Of a DNA stretch of 64,000 nucleotides, positions 1 to 12,164 are shown one piece after another. Each line of letters starts with the position of its first letter. The stretch's first letter is position 1. The notes beneath the pieces are model-generated. The model made no database searches and was not told the DNA's origin. It was given only the letters and a program-made list of their open reading frames with translations. Where the stretch lies: contig NC_073385.1 of assembly GCF_028641065.1 (NCBI RefSeq), positions 56,978,001 through 57,042,000 of the forward strand, written 5' to 3'. Position numbers and translations under genes: made by a program. The DNA is from Leucoraja erinacea. Its lineage: Eukaryota.

Positions 1-71
1 TGTAGTGATATGACACGCATGCGTCGTAAGCGGGGTTCTTCACGTAGTCACTCACGTGACTCCGAAGTAAA
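1..71. mobile_element. Possible truncated end of a CpG-rich MITE-like element
   Basis: CpG-rich, with short palindromes (cgcatgcg, tcacgtga). Cut by the window edge, family unassigned. Confidence 0.3.
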
Positions 72-547
72 ATTTGCCAGTATTCTGCTGGGTCTCAGAT
101 CTATGTTTTGCTCATCCATCCAAGGTCCTGCTTCAAATCCAGCAGACCACAGGCAAATTAAAGTACTTTCTTTGGCTCAGCTGAAGAAATGATTGGTGTG
201 AATGGGTGTTTGATGGTTGGAGCAGACTCAGTGGGTGAAGAGCCTGTTTTCTTACCTCTTTAACTCTCTCGTGTCTCTGCGTTAATGCACCACCTGCTGT
301 GGCAGAGTAACTCCCTCAACAATACACCAAATCATCAGTCCCAGGGAGCGTGCCCAAGTTGTTCAAATCACTTGAACCATAACCTTCTTAAAGGTGAAAG
401 CGTTATCCAAACTGTGAGTGTCACAGCACATTAAAGACCTATGAGATACAATGGGATGCCTGCATCCAAATAAGCTCAGGGTAATTTTTCATGTAAGTTA
501 AATATGTTGTGTTTAGGTCTTATTGTAGGTTGTAAATTGTGAGTTCA

Positions 548-897
548 GGGCAGCATGGTGGCGCAACAGTGGAACTGCTGCCTCACAGTGCCAGGGACCC
601 CGGTTCTATCCCAACCTCGGGTGATATCTGTGTGGAGTTTGCACATTCTCCCTGTGACTGCATGGGATTCCTTCGGTTGCTCCAGTTTCCTCCCACATCC
701 CAAAGACGTGCAGGTTTGTAGTTTAATTGGCCTCTCTAAATTGCCCCAAGTGTGTTAGGAGTGAGTGGATGAGTAAGTTAGATAACATAGAAATAGTGTG
801 CACGGGTGATGGATGGTTAGTGTGGACTCGTGGACAGAAGGGCCTGTTTCCAAGCTGTATCTCTAAACTAAACTAAACTAAACTAAACCAAACTAAA
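548..897 (+). mobile_element. tRNA-derived V-SINE (HE1-like)
   Basis: tRNA-like head (A/B-box-like), V-domain ggagtttgcacattctccctgtgactgc, CR1-like tail and (CTAAA)n end. Confidence 0.85.
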
Positions 898-2430
898 TAA
901 TGGAGTAATGGAGGGATAACTGGGCCTGTTTAAGCTTCGGATTAAAGAAAACTTACTGTGATGATTAAAACCATAAGAAAAGCAATGAAGAACCACTCAT
1001 TTTTTCCAGCGACGTGTTCAACCGGCCAGAATGAACAGGCTACAAGAGTCAAGGTTCAGGCTACAAGAGTTCAGGCTACAAGAGTCAAGGGTGTTTGATA
1101 GTCATATGCAATGAAAACCATAACAATGAAATCCCTACCTGCTGCACACACATGAATATAACAACGCAATAAATAAATATAAAATATACTATAATACAAA
1201 ATAAATTGACAAATATTCTAGGTAACCAGACCACCATAATGCAAGTTGAAGTGTGTAGTGCAACCTTATGCAAAGTCCACAGAAGTTTGGACAAAGCATA
1301 GGACAAAGGAGGGAGAGATAGATCAGCCATGATTGAATGGTGGGGTAGACATGATGGGTCGAATGGCCTAATTCTATTCCTATCACTTATGACCTAAAGC
1401 AATGAGTTAGAAGATTAGACCCAACAGATGTCTTTGGTCAGCGTTATGTTGTCCATGTAATTTTTAGTTGACAATTGTCTCACTTAGTCAGTAAACTCAC
1501 TTTCTTATCACAATTGAAACTGAAGACTGTAACAAACGTCACTTCAAATATCGAGTACAGGCAATGATACAGTCAGTATAAGACATCACATTGTAGTCAT
1601 GGCATAATTGGCAACAGGCTTCTGCTCAGAATGTGAGACTTGAGCATATTATTATTCTTGAACGGCTTATTCACCAGAGGGAGTGTCAGACTATCCAAGA
1701 GACTGGGTTTTGAAAGAGTCAAAAACTGAGGCAATGTCTGCCTTTATAACTATAACAGATGCTTAGACCACCAGCTCACTGTTCCCAAACCAATAGCAAT
1801 TACTGAAAATTGTGACAAAAAAATGCAGATGCGAGAAATCTGAATAAAAAAACAGAAATTGCTCAACATGTCGGACCGCATCCATGGGAATAGAGAAATG
1901 AAGTTATCATATCAGGTCAAAGACCCTCCAAACTGGGAAAAGAAAACAATTTTGTTTTAAGGTGCAGAGAGAATGGGGAAAAGAATGGATAGGACGGAGG
2001 GGAATGTAAAATAAGCTCCAAAATGTAAAACAATTGATAGTTAACTAGCAGGTGGGAGTGGACGTGGCTGAGCATTGCACCCCAGCTCCTGGAAACCACT
2101 AGTAGTGAAACGTCCAGTGTCCCAGCGCTGAGAGACCGAAATCAATGGAGCACTCAGTGCACCTAGGGTCCAGGAGACAGAGGGTACAGAACATTCAGAG
2201 ATGAGAGGGATAGTGAGTGATCTTCCCCCAGTGACGCCACCAGCTTCATCACAAGGGACCCCTCTCTCCCCTCTGGGAGAGATCAGTCCCAGTACCTGAG
2301 GCCAGGAACGGTCCTGCAGTTCACCAGAGCTGTGGCAATGATGGTCCCGGACAAGTGACAATGGACAGTGCGCTGGTGATCCATGGACTCCAATTCGACA
2401 ATGGAGGCGGAAAAGGGATCTACCTGAGCC

Positions 2431-2570
2431 GGCTGCCTGCCCCTTTTCCGAGGTTTCATCCATGCCCAGGTGGTACTGGAGGGGGACAGGCACCCTGGGG
2501 GATTTCTGGGACTGCTGGGCACCACGGGGGGTGGAATGCATCGTTGACGATTGTAATATAGTTGTTTAAT
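2431..2570 (+). mobile_element. L1/Tx1-type LINE ORF2 C-terminal remnant
   Basis: Frameshifted translation GCLPLFRGFIHAQVVLE...WAPRGVECIVDDCNIVV*, resembling recalled fish Tx1-like ORF2 ends. Confidence 0.5.
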
Positions 2571-2799
2571 ACTTAGTATATTTGATATTTAACTGCAGAT
2601 GCTGGTTTAAATTGACGATAGATACAAAATGCTGGAGTGAGGCAGCATCTCTGGAGAGAAGGAATGGAAGACGTTTCGGGTTGAGACCCTTCTTCAGGCT
2701 GATATTTAAGAATATGTGTTTTACTTTGCACTATGGTGGTGGGTTTGTTGGTATTGTTTTGTATTGTATTCCGAAAACTCCTGCTTACGTTATTTTTCC

Positions 2800-3096
2800 C
2801 CAATGAGCCAATGAAAATGACTGGTCAGCAAAGGTGATTAACTAAAACTACCTCGACTACCTCAACTACACATAACTACATGGCGACCCCACTACAACTG
2901 TACCTACAACTACAGGATTATCGATTATCTCCATGTTGAAACATTTGCCGCAACCATTCTGAGGCCGCGACTAGTTCCCAGAATGCAGGAACTCCTCGTG
3001 ACCATGAAGGAAAATCACCAGAGACCACCAGCGAACATGTGGCGAAGGCAGAGTCTCCTGCACTCGCCTAAACAGTCGCCTAAGTGGGACAGGCCC
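2800..3096. mobile_element. Harbinger-type MITE fragment
   Basis: Ends in aagtgggacaggccc, the same terminus as the elements at 11672, 62046 and 62864. Confidence 0.6.
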
Positions 3097-3262
3097 ATTA
3101 TTGTTTTTAAACGCTGGGATAGTCCTTGCCTCTGGCAGTTTGTTCCATACACCCACCACCCTTTGTGTGCAAAAGTTACCCCTCAGATTCCTATTAAATA
3201 TTTCCCCCCTCACCTTAAACCCATGTCCTCTGGTCCTCGGTTCACCTACTCTGGGCAAGAGA
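3097..3262 (-). mobile_element. CR1 LINE 3' fragment
   Basis: Translates as VGEPRTRGHGFKVRGEIFNRNLRGNFCTQRVVGVWNKLP, the CR1 ORF2 C-terminus. Confidence 0.85.
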
Positions 3263-3439
3263 CCATGAAACAAACTTGTTTTGATTCCTAGTGCTCCGGG
3301 TTGCAAGTCTCTAAACAAACTTGTGATCAAAGATCTTAGAGATCTTTGCTTGTGATCGCATTGTTGTAAATGGGCACAGGCACGTCTGAGCATCCAATTG
3401 CATGAGCTGGGTGGAGGGGTAGGAGGGGTTTCTGCTGTG

Positions 3440-4110
3440 AGAGGGAGGCCGATTTGGTTTGTGTGAGAGGGCGCAGTGGCAGTTGACTGAGCTGTTTGCC
3501 CTGGTGTGAGTGCGAGTTGCTGACACTCAACTTCCGCGTCTGACACTGCTTGCAGCCCGGAGAGAGGGAGGGAGAGAGAGAGAGAGAACGAAGTGGATTA
3601 CAGAGTAAGATCTCCATGCAGGTTTGCCCGGCCGTTGCAATAATCAGGTCGGTCGGGCGATGCTCCACCGAAAGTCCTACACCCTTGCCGACATGTCCAG
3701 GAGCAAGCGAGTGTGCGGACCGGCGCCGCAAAGCAAGTTCAGCATGGTGGATCCCAGCACCGCTAACGCTCCGGCCAGCCCGCTGGGCGAACACACAGTG
3801 TGCAGGCTGCGAGCGGCCAACGGCGAGGGGGAGAGGTTGGAGCCGGAGCCCAGGCAGCGCCACCGGCCACCCGTGCCCCAGCTCACCATCACCTCGGAGG
3901 AAGGCACCACACACGACAGCCTGGAGCTGGAGATGGAGCCCGACTGCAGCAGCATCAGACTGTGCCGCAAGCTCTCCAACTCGTCCCTTTCCTCCACCGG
4001 CTCCTCGCTCTTCGAGGAGTCAGAGGACGACCTGCTCGACGGTCATCTGCAAGACCAGGGCGGCGAGAGCCAAGAGGACGAGTGTCTGGTGAGTGGCCGC
4101 TCGCTTCAAC
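3440..4110 (+). promoter_or_regulatory. CpG-rich promoter / first-exon region of the ITPK gene
   Basis: Clear local rise in GC and CpG against a CpG-poor background, free of TEs, with a (GA)n tract at about 3560-3587 upstream of the ATG. The TSS is not determinable. Confidence 0.6.
3660..4088 (+). CDS. ITPKA-like: Inositol-trisphosphate 3-kinase, coding exon 1 (N-terminal regulatory region, 143 codons)
   Basis: ATG at 3660 (MLHRKSY...). VPQLTITSEE and RKLSNSSLSSTGSSLFEESEDDLL resemble the recalled ITPKA motifs IPQLTVTAEE and RRLSTSSVSSTGSSSLLEDSEDDLL. Ends CTG|GTGAGT (phase 0 donor). Lies in a CpG-rich segment. Confidence 0.85.
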
Positions 4111-4279
4111 TTATTGGGACAAGCGCTGAGGAGATCTCTCCACAGTGGTCAGGGACATCAGAGTTTAGAGGCGTCAAGGTGGTCCTCCCTGGCTTAGACA
4201 AATGACAATGGTCTTCCCCAGTCACTGAGGGGAGTGTTTTGATGAGAGGAATTGGCAGGAAACTCTCAACACAAATGTG

Positions 4280-4840
4280 GCACCAAAGGATACAAAGTGC
4301 CAGAATAACTCAGCTGGTCTTCTGTCTTCGATCTGCTGAGTTCCTCCAGCACTTCTGCCTTTGGTTATTCTGCAAATTATGCCACATTGACGAAACAGTG
4401 AGCTGTAGATGCTGACTAATACACAAATGTACACAAAGTGCCTAGCTCAGCAGGTCAGGCAGCAGCACCTCTGGAGAACATGGATAGGCGAGTCTGAGGA
4501 AGGGTCTCCACCCGAAATATGTCACCTACCCAAGCTCTCCGGAGATGTTGCCTGGCCTGCTGAGTTACTCCAGCACTTTGTGTACTTTTGTGTGTTAGTC
4601 AGCATCTGCAGTTTCTTGTTGTGACAGGAATGTGGCATAATTTGCAGAATAACCAAAGGCAGCAGAAAACACCAAGTGCTGGAGGAACTCAGCAGATCAG
4701 GCAGCATCTGGGGAGGGAATGGTCAGGAGGTGTTTCTGGTTAGCACCCCTCGTCATTCCCTCCCCAGATGCTGCCTGACCCACTGAGTTCCTCTGGCACT
4801 TAATATTTTGCTCAAGATTCCAGCATCTGCTGTTATGTGT
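4280..4840. mobile_element. Cluster of Penelope-terminus-derived units in inverted arrangement
   Basis: gatgctgcc...gctgagttactccagcac motifs on both strands and a hammerhead-like core at 4494. Confidence 0.7.
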
Positions 4841-6689
4841 GTTATCAAAGTCAAAATAAAATTGCTTGATTGTGGGATGTTACAGTGGGCGCAGCTTGTG
4901 GAGTTGCTGCCTCAGCTTCAACCTTTCACCCTGGCCTCCGGTGCTGTCAATATGGAGTTTGCAAGATCTCCCTGTGACTGCATAGGTTTCCTCCGGGTGC
5001 TGCAGTTTTTGCCACATCCCAAAGACATGTAGCTTTGCAGGTTCGTTGGCAGCTGTATCTCACCCCAAGTGTGTGAATGAGTGGTAGAACCCAGGTGGGA
5101 ATGCGGGGGGAATACAATGGGATGAGCGGAGTTGTTGATTAGAGGTTGGGGCAGATTTACTGGACCTGTTGCAGTGTTCAATGACTCCATAACTCTCTGC
5201 GACTGGTGTGTTAGTGAGTGGCAGAATCTGTGGGGAGCTGATGGGAAGATGGGGAAAGTAGGTCGCAGGAAAAATAAGTGGGGGGGATGGGATTGCTCTT
5301 TGAGCCAGTATGGATGTGATGGGCTAAACGGCCTCCTGAATTGTAAGGAAATGTGAAAGCAGTAAGTGAAGCAGGGCAGCATCCGTGGAGAGGTAGCTGC
5401 ACACTGCAATAGCCTTTCCTTGGGGAATGTCACCTGTTGTGACCAGGAATGTCGGGCAGGGCAGATGCAGCAGCTTTCTAAAGAGGACCAGTCTGATTCC
5501 ATGTGAAAATTGGAAAACAGATGCAACAAACCTCAGGGTCATCTGTAGGAACATAGGGGGTGAACTGACAGGGTTCTCCATTGATATCGCTCAATGTGAC
5601 AAATGCTGTTCTTGTTTTGTTATCGGAGCAGCACATTGTGACTCATTGGTTATCGTACCAATGCCAGGGGAAGTGCCTTTGCCTTGTTTGGCACAGTATG
5701 AGATCAGCACAGGAAATAGTTCCCAAAACCAACAGGTGTACGCTTGAGCAGCTCTTCAGTTGCGTGGTTTCACAAGCAGATACGCTCTGCATTGTTTAAA
5801 AGAGGTGGAGCAACACTGCTTCAATATAAAACACATACACACAGAAATGCACATACACTTAGATATACAGGCTCCCACGCATGCACACACGCGCAAAGTG
5901 TAGGAAGGAACTGCAGGTGCCAGTTTAAACTGAAGATAGACACAATAGACAAAAGGTGCAGGAATAGGCCATATGGCCCTTCGAGCCAGCACCGCCATTT
6001 AATGTGATCATGGCTGATCATCCCCAATCAGTACCCTGTTCCTGCCTTCTCCCCTGACTCTGCTATTTCTAAGAGCCCTATCTAGCTCTCTCTCTTGAAA
6101 GCAAAATGTTGGAGTAACTCAGTGGGACTGGCAGCATCTCTGGATAGAAGAAATAGGTGACGTTTCGGGTCAAGACCCTTCTTCAGACCCTTCTGCCTGT
6201 CCTGCTGAGTTACTCCAGTACAATGACATACATACTCATATGGACAGAAAGGTAGACAATGCATTCAGAGAAACGATCACGGGTATAAACACACAGGCAG
6301 GGTGATCATACTTCCCCTTACACACACAAATACATATACATTCCCACACATACAAGTGCTACGCAGGCATACAAACACACCCACACGCACAATTGATGCA
6401 CACTGCAGGAACTGTAACAAAGGTTAGTATTTTGAAGTGAAACCAATGTAAAAATGTCCCGAATTCCTGCTGAGTCAAAGGCTGAGTGTAAGAAGAGAAG
6501 TGGCTTTGAAATATTTAATGAAAAATCAGTGGATTACCTTAAATGGTATTGGTTTATTATTTTCCCATTTACTGAGATGGGAAAAAAACTTTGCCTACTA
6601 TCCACTCAAATCATACTGTACATGAGTACAATCATATTATATACAAATGCAACTGTTGTACAAAGAGTTTGTAATATAGATCATAAGAT

Positions 6690-7125
6690 CATGTGATCGG
6701 AAATGAATTAGGCCATTCAGCTCATCAAGTCTACTCCACCATTCAATCATGGCTGATCTATCTCTTCCTCCTAACCCCATTGTCCTGCCTTTTCCCTTTA
6801 ACCCCTGACACCCGTACTAATAAAGAATCTATCTATCTCTGCCGTAAATATATCCACTGACTTTAACCTTCTGTGGCAAAGAATTCCACAGATTCACCAC
6901 CATCTGACAAAATAAATTCCTCCACATCTCCTTCCTGTAAGAGCGTCCTTTAATTCTGAGGCTATGACCTCTAGTCCTAGACTCTCCCACTAGTGTAAAC
7001 ATCCTCTCCACATCCACTCTATCCAAGCCTTTTACTATTCTGTTGTTTCAGTGAGGTCCCCCCTTATTCTTCTGAACTCCAGCGAATACAGGCCCTATGC
7101 CACCAAACGCTCACCATATATTAAC
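6690..7125 (-). mobile_element. CR1 LINE 3' end
   Basis: DRVDVERMFTLVGESRTRGHSLRIKGR...VVNLWNSLPQK plus the conserved 3' tail. Confidence 0.85.
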
Positions 7126-7139
7126 CCATATATTGTTGC

Positions 7140-7785
7140 ATTACATTTGCAGAGAAACTTAGGGTAAAAAAAAAAGTGCAATGTCCACAACGGGGTAGGT
7201 TGGAAGATTGGGACTACACCCTAGTTTATGGAAGGACCGTTTAGTAGTGTGATAATAGCGGGGAAGAAGCTGTTCCTGAATCTGGTGGTACGTGCTTTCA
7301 AGCTTACCTGTCTTTTGCCCGACAGGACGGGGGAAAAGAGGCAATAACTGGGGTGTAAATGGTCCTTGATTATGTTGTCTGCATTTGCGAAGCAGTGTGA
7401 AGTATAGCTGGAGACACCAAGGGTGAGGCTGCCCTGTGTGATGGACTGGGCTACATCCAGAACTCTGCAATTTCTTGCAGTTTAGGGCAGAGTTGTGGCC
7501 AAACTAAGCTGTGATGCATCTCGATAGGATGCTCTCTATGGTGCATTGATAGGTTGGTAAGAATCGTTGGGGCATGCTGAACTTCCTCAGTCTTCTGAGG
7601 AACTAGAGCCATTGCCATGCTTTCTTGGCTGTAGCTTCAATACAATTGGTCCAGGACAAATTGTTGATGATATCTACATCCAGGAACTTGAAGTTCATAA
7701 CCATCTCCATTTTGGCAGCATTGGTGCTGACTGGGATGTCCAAGCCACCTCATTTCCTGAGGTCAATAACAAGTTCCTGCTAATT
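7140..7785 (-). mobile_element. Rex/Babar-like LINE fragment
   Basis: gggaagaagctgttcctgaatctggtggt motif and degenerate RT C-terminal coding sequence. Related to 8283-8960. Confidence 0.6.
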
Positions 7786-7799
7786 TTGGGAAGAAAAGT

Positions 7800-8282
7800 C
7801 GACTGAGCAGGAGCTAGGAAATGGGATAAGGGTAGATTTGTATTTGCTGAGAAGAAAGTCATGGAAGCAAAAGAATTGAGGAGAATGAGCAGTGATGGTT
7901 TGGGACATATCAGAATTACAAAAGAGGAGGTGAGAGCCTCCTTAAAGCATATTAAGGTGGACAAGAGCCCAGGGCCTAACCAAATATATCCTCAGATGTG
8001 GGAATCTAGGGAAAATATTATTGCAGCTCTGGCAGTAATCAACCAGCATTTGTGGTTCCTTCCAACACACTGGATTAAAAATTGTCTTGGTGGAAGGAGT
8101 CAGAGGATGGTAGTGGAGGGCTGCTTCTCTAAATGCCAGCTTTGACCAGTGGCATGCCAGGTCCCCTAGTGATTTTGATTTATTTTAATGATTTGGATGA
8201 CAATGTACTTATTGCGGTTAGTCAGTTTGCAAATGGCACCAAAATTGATGGTCTAGGTAGACAACGAGGAAGGCTATCTAAG
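7800..8282 (+). mobile_element. Decayed CR1 LINE fragment
   Basis: LKHIKVDKSPGPNQIYP...SQRMVVEGCFS. Confidence 0.75.
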
Positions 8283-8960
8283 TTTGCAAAAGTTTAGTTT
8301 AGTTTATTGCCTCATGAACCGAAGTACAGTGAAAAGCTTTTTTTGCGTGCTAACCAGTCAGCGGAAAGACTATACATGATTACAATCAAGCCATCCACAG
8401 TGTACCGATGATAAAGAGAATAACGTTTAGTACGAGATAAATACCAGTAAAGTCCGATTAAAGGTAGACCAATGATCTCCAGCGAGGTAGGTAGCTGCTC
8501 ACTAGTTGTTGATAGGATGGTTCAGTTGCCTGATAACAGCTGGGAAGAAACCATTCCTGAATCAGGAGGTGTGCCGTTTCACATTTCCGTACCTCCTGTC
8601 GGATGGGGGAGGGGACAAGAGGGAGCGACTGAGGTGAGACTTGCCCTTGATTATCCTGGTGGCCTTACCGAGGCATCATGGAGTGTAAATGGCGACAGTG
8701 GAAGGGAGTTTAGTTTGTGTGATGGCCTCCACTGCATCCATAATTCCCTGCAATTTCTTGGATGGAGCTGTTTCCAAACCATGCTGTGATGCGTCCTGAT
8801 AACATGCTTTCTATAGCGCATCTGCAGAGGTTGGTGAGAGATGTTGGGGACATGCTGAACTTCCAAAGCATTCTCAGGAAGTAGAGGGGTTGATGTGCTT
8901 ACTTTGCCATTGCTGCAATATGCGTCGTCCAGGACAAGTTGCCAGTGATATTTGCATCTC
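8283..8960 (-). mobile_element. Rex/Babar-like LINE 3' fragment
   Basis: (TTTAG)n tail on + strand, gtacagtgaaaagcttt 3'UTR motif, homologous to 7140-7785. Confidence 0.6.
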
Positions 8961-9684
8961 TACTTGGGCACCGTCATCTAGAGTGATAGATGATAACTCA
9001 ATGACTCTAGCTTGGTACATGTTGGTCCGCATGGACATGATGGGCAGTATATCTTATTTTTAATCAAGGCTGACATTCCTGCTTGTTGATGGAATATTGC
9101 ATTTTTGCTTGCAAGGTTAAACCAAGGCTCACTCTCGGGTGAACAGTCTATTGTACCATTTTTTAGATAATCAGTGATTCTGTTCCAACCTCCCTGTACT
9201 ACACTGATGTATATGAATCCTTTAACCTATACCCATACAAAACAGATAATGGGTGTGAAGAGGAGTCTCGACTTGAAACATCCTTACCTAACCTTGTTCT
9301 CCAGAGATGCTGCCTGACCTGTTGAGTTGCTCCGACACTTTGTGTCTTTATTAGTAAGCCAACATCTGCAGTTCCTTGTGTCAACAAAACAGACAATAAT
9401 CTGGCCATTCATTGCAGCGCTGTTGGAGAACATGTCTTATGCAAGTGTGTGTTGTATTTTACACCAGTCCCTCCGCTTCAAAATGGAGGTTGCCAATTGC
9501 AAATTTTCTCTTGGAAAAGCTGTGGTTTTGCTATCGTTTTGACCTGCGGTCAAATATAAATTATTAAAGAGAGCAGAGGTGCTCAAGATCAAGATTCCAC
9601 TTGGGGATTCCCATCCTGAGTAGAATTTCCAGCACTTGTTCAAATGGGGCAGATTATTTCTGATCCAGAATACAAATAAAATCA

Positions 9685-10108
9685 TGGAGTTATGGAATCA
9701 TACAGCGTGGAAACAGGTCCTTTGGCCCAACCTTGCCCTCGCTGACATGGGCATGCCCCATCAATACTAGTCCCACCTGCCGTGCTTGGCCCATAACGCT
9801 ATAAACCTATCCTATCCCTTTTCTGTCCAAATATCTCTTAAATGTTATGATAGTACCTGCCTCAACGACCTCCTCTGGCAGCTCGTTCCATATACCCTTT
9901 GTATAAATGAGTTACCCCTCAGATTCCTATTAAATCTTTCCCGCCTTTCCACTGGTTCTTGATTCCCCATCTCTGGACAAAAGACTCTGCATTTCCCCCA
10001 ATCTATTCCTCTCATGATTTTGTCCACCTCTATAAGATCACCCCCATCGTCCTGCGCTCCAAGGAATAAAGCCCAACCTCTCCCTATAGCTCAGGCCCGT
10101 GAGTCCTA
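9685..10108 (-). mobile_element. CR1 LINE 3' fragment
   Basis: GLSYRERL...FNRNLRGN and CR1 tail. Confidence 0.75.
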
Positions 10109-11377
10109 AGAGATCTTCAGTTAAAAAGCACCAGGCCCTTTGGGCATTTTGCTGCAAGTATCTTGACCTTACTTGGTACAGCTCCCTCGGATATGCTGTT
10201 CCCTTCACTTTCTTGCAGCTGTCAAAGTTCCGCTTCTGTGCATCACAGATTCTTTCCGATGGTGTCAGGTTCCTTGTTCCCGCCTTCTTCAGCCTACAGG
10301 GACTTTTAATGGGAGATGCCACTGTCTGTGTGGATGAGGGATATTGGCTTATTTTCATTATCGGAGAGGTTTCCTTTACCTGCTGTATAGTACACCACAC
10401 ATAGGCTCAACACTGTCACAGTTCAATTTATCTGCACTTGCAGTCATTCCTGTAAGCTCCAATATTGGCTCTGGGGAATTAAACTAGAGTACTCCCATAA
10501 ATGTGCCAACCTGCTTTGGAGTTTGTGGAAAACACCAAGTGCTGGAGTAACTCAGCAGGTCAGGCAATATCTGTGGAAGGAATGGATTGGCATCATTTCG
10601 GGTCTGGACTCTTCCTCCACAGTTGCTGCCTGACCTGCTGAGTTACACCAGCACTTGGTATTGTACTGAAAATTCCAAAGTCTGCAGTCCCATATGTCTT
10701 CATCTTGGAGTTTATAGAGCGGGGTTTAAGGAACAATTTGCATTCACAAGGTGGTTTTAATTTGGTGCAATATTCCAATGGCTTGGTGTATCTCGCGGTG
10801 CTATCTAATAGAATTCCTTCCCTCCTCCTCTCTATTCTGTCTGCTTGGGGTCGGTTCAGGAAACAATCTCAGTTAAGGACTGTTGAATTATGCTCCTCCT
10901 CACCTTAGCTCCAGTCCTGGCTTTCCATTATGCCCGTAAAAATGTGAACACATTAATAGCTAGAGCCATTGTTTGTTCTTGTGTAAGGGGGATCTCCTTT
11001 GCAGAAAGGTAAAGCAACACCCAAAATGTAACATTTACCTTTAGGGTTTACAGTAAGAGGTTGGTCTCCTGTATCAGACTGTGTTGGCTAACCTTCAGCC
11101 CTTAATCGAAGATAATTACTCACCGTCTGCAGGTGGTGATGCAGTCAGGACTATGTCATAACCTACAGATGGTATTAAGCAATAAACCATTCCTGGCTAG
11201 TGATAGTTTAAATAGTTGTGCAGATGCTGGTTTAAACCAAAGAGAGCCACAAAAAACTGGAGTAACTCAGCCGGTCAGACATTATCTCTGGAGAATAGGA
11301 ATAGGTGACGTTTTGGGTCTGAAAAAGGGTCTCGACCTGAAACCCGAAGTGTGTACAGTCAGAGATTTCCCTCTCCC

Positions 11378-11625
11378 TGACAGTACACACTAACCCACAC
11401 ACTATCCTGGGATGGATTAATTGTCTTTGACAGTACACACTGTTCTGCTCACTATCCTGGGAAAAGTTCATTCTCTATGACAAAAGATAGACACAAAAAG
11501 CTGGAGCAACTCAGCGGGACAGGCAGCATCTCTGGAGAGAAGGAATCTGTGATCTTCTTCAGACTCTAGTCATTCTCTATGACAATACACACTGCCCCCT
11601 CCTCACTGTCCCAGGATGTGTTCAC
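11378..11625. repeat. Degenerate minisatellite (about 55-60 bp unit, 3 copies) interrupted by a Penelope-derived unit
   Basis: tgacagtacacact...cactatcctggga recurs. The insert at 11484-11569 has a 16-bp TSD tcattctctatgacaa. Confidence 0.6.
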
Positions 11626-11671
11626 TTCCAAGTAGTTCACACAGCTCCTTACTCAGTCTCAGTCTGCTTCA

Positions 11672-11798
11672 AGGACCTGTCCCACTTGGGCGTCATTTAC
11701 GTGACATCATGACGCGCACGTGATGCGCGCATGGTGCGTGGTGACGTGCAGTGACGTAGGCAGTGACGCGCAAATGACTCCCAAGTGGGACAGGCCCT
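11672..11798. mobile_element. Short Harbinger-type MITE
   Basis: TIRs of about 27 bp, aggacctgtcccacttgggcgtcattt / aaatgactcccaagtgggacaggccct, with a CpG-rich interior. Confidence 0.75.
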
Positions 11799-12164
11799 GT
11801 ACACTCTTATTGTACATGTAAACACGATCGGAACCTGGCTGAATTTGTTGCAGATTCTGCCTCCTCTCCTGTACAGAACCTGTGCACACCATTTTTTGAT
11901 ATCCACCCCTCCTTTACCCCTCAGACCTTTTCCTGCTGCACCCTTCCTGTGTACATTTCTGTCAGTTTACGAATGGCATGTTATTGTAGTTCACGCTGAC
12001 TCAATATGTACGTGCTGACTGCTGGCCCTATGTACACACATAGTGAGCCTCCAGCCACTCCTTCCCACATTGCTCATGTGTGAACACTCGCTCTGTTTGG
12101 ATAGAGGTGGATGAACTTTGTTCTCACAGGTTTTGCTGCTTAAAACAATATTACTTCATATTGA

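Noticed and set aside
548-625. tRNA-like sequences at SINE heads (also 12233, 33415, 40213 and others)
   Set aside because: They run into the V-domain and LINE-derived tail, so they are SINE heads rather than tRNA genes.
3336-3997. Antisense ORFs over exon 1 (192 aa and 106 aa)
   Set aside because: Expected shadow frames of a GC-rich coding exon, with no recognisable motif.
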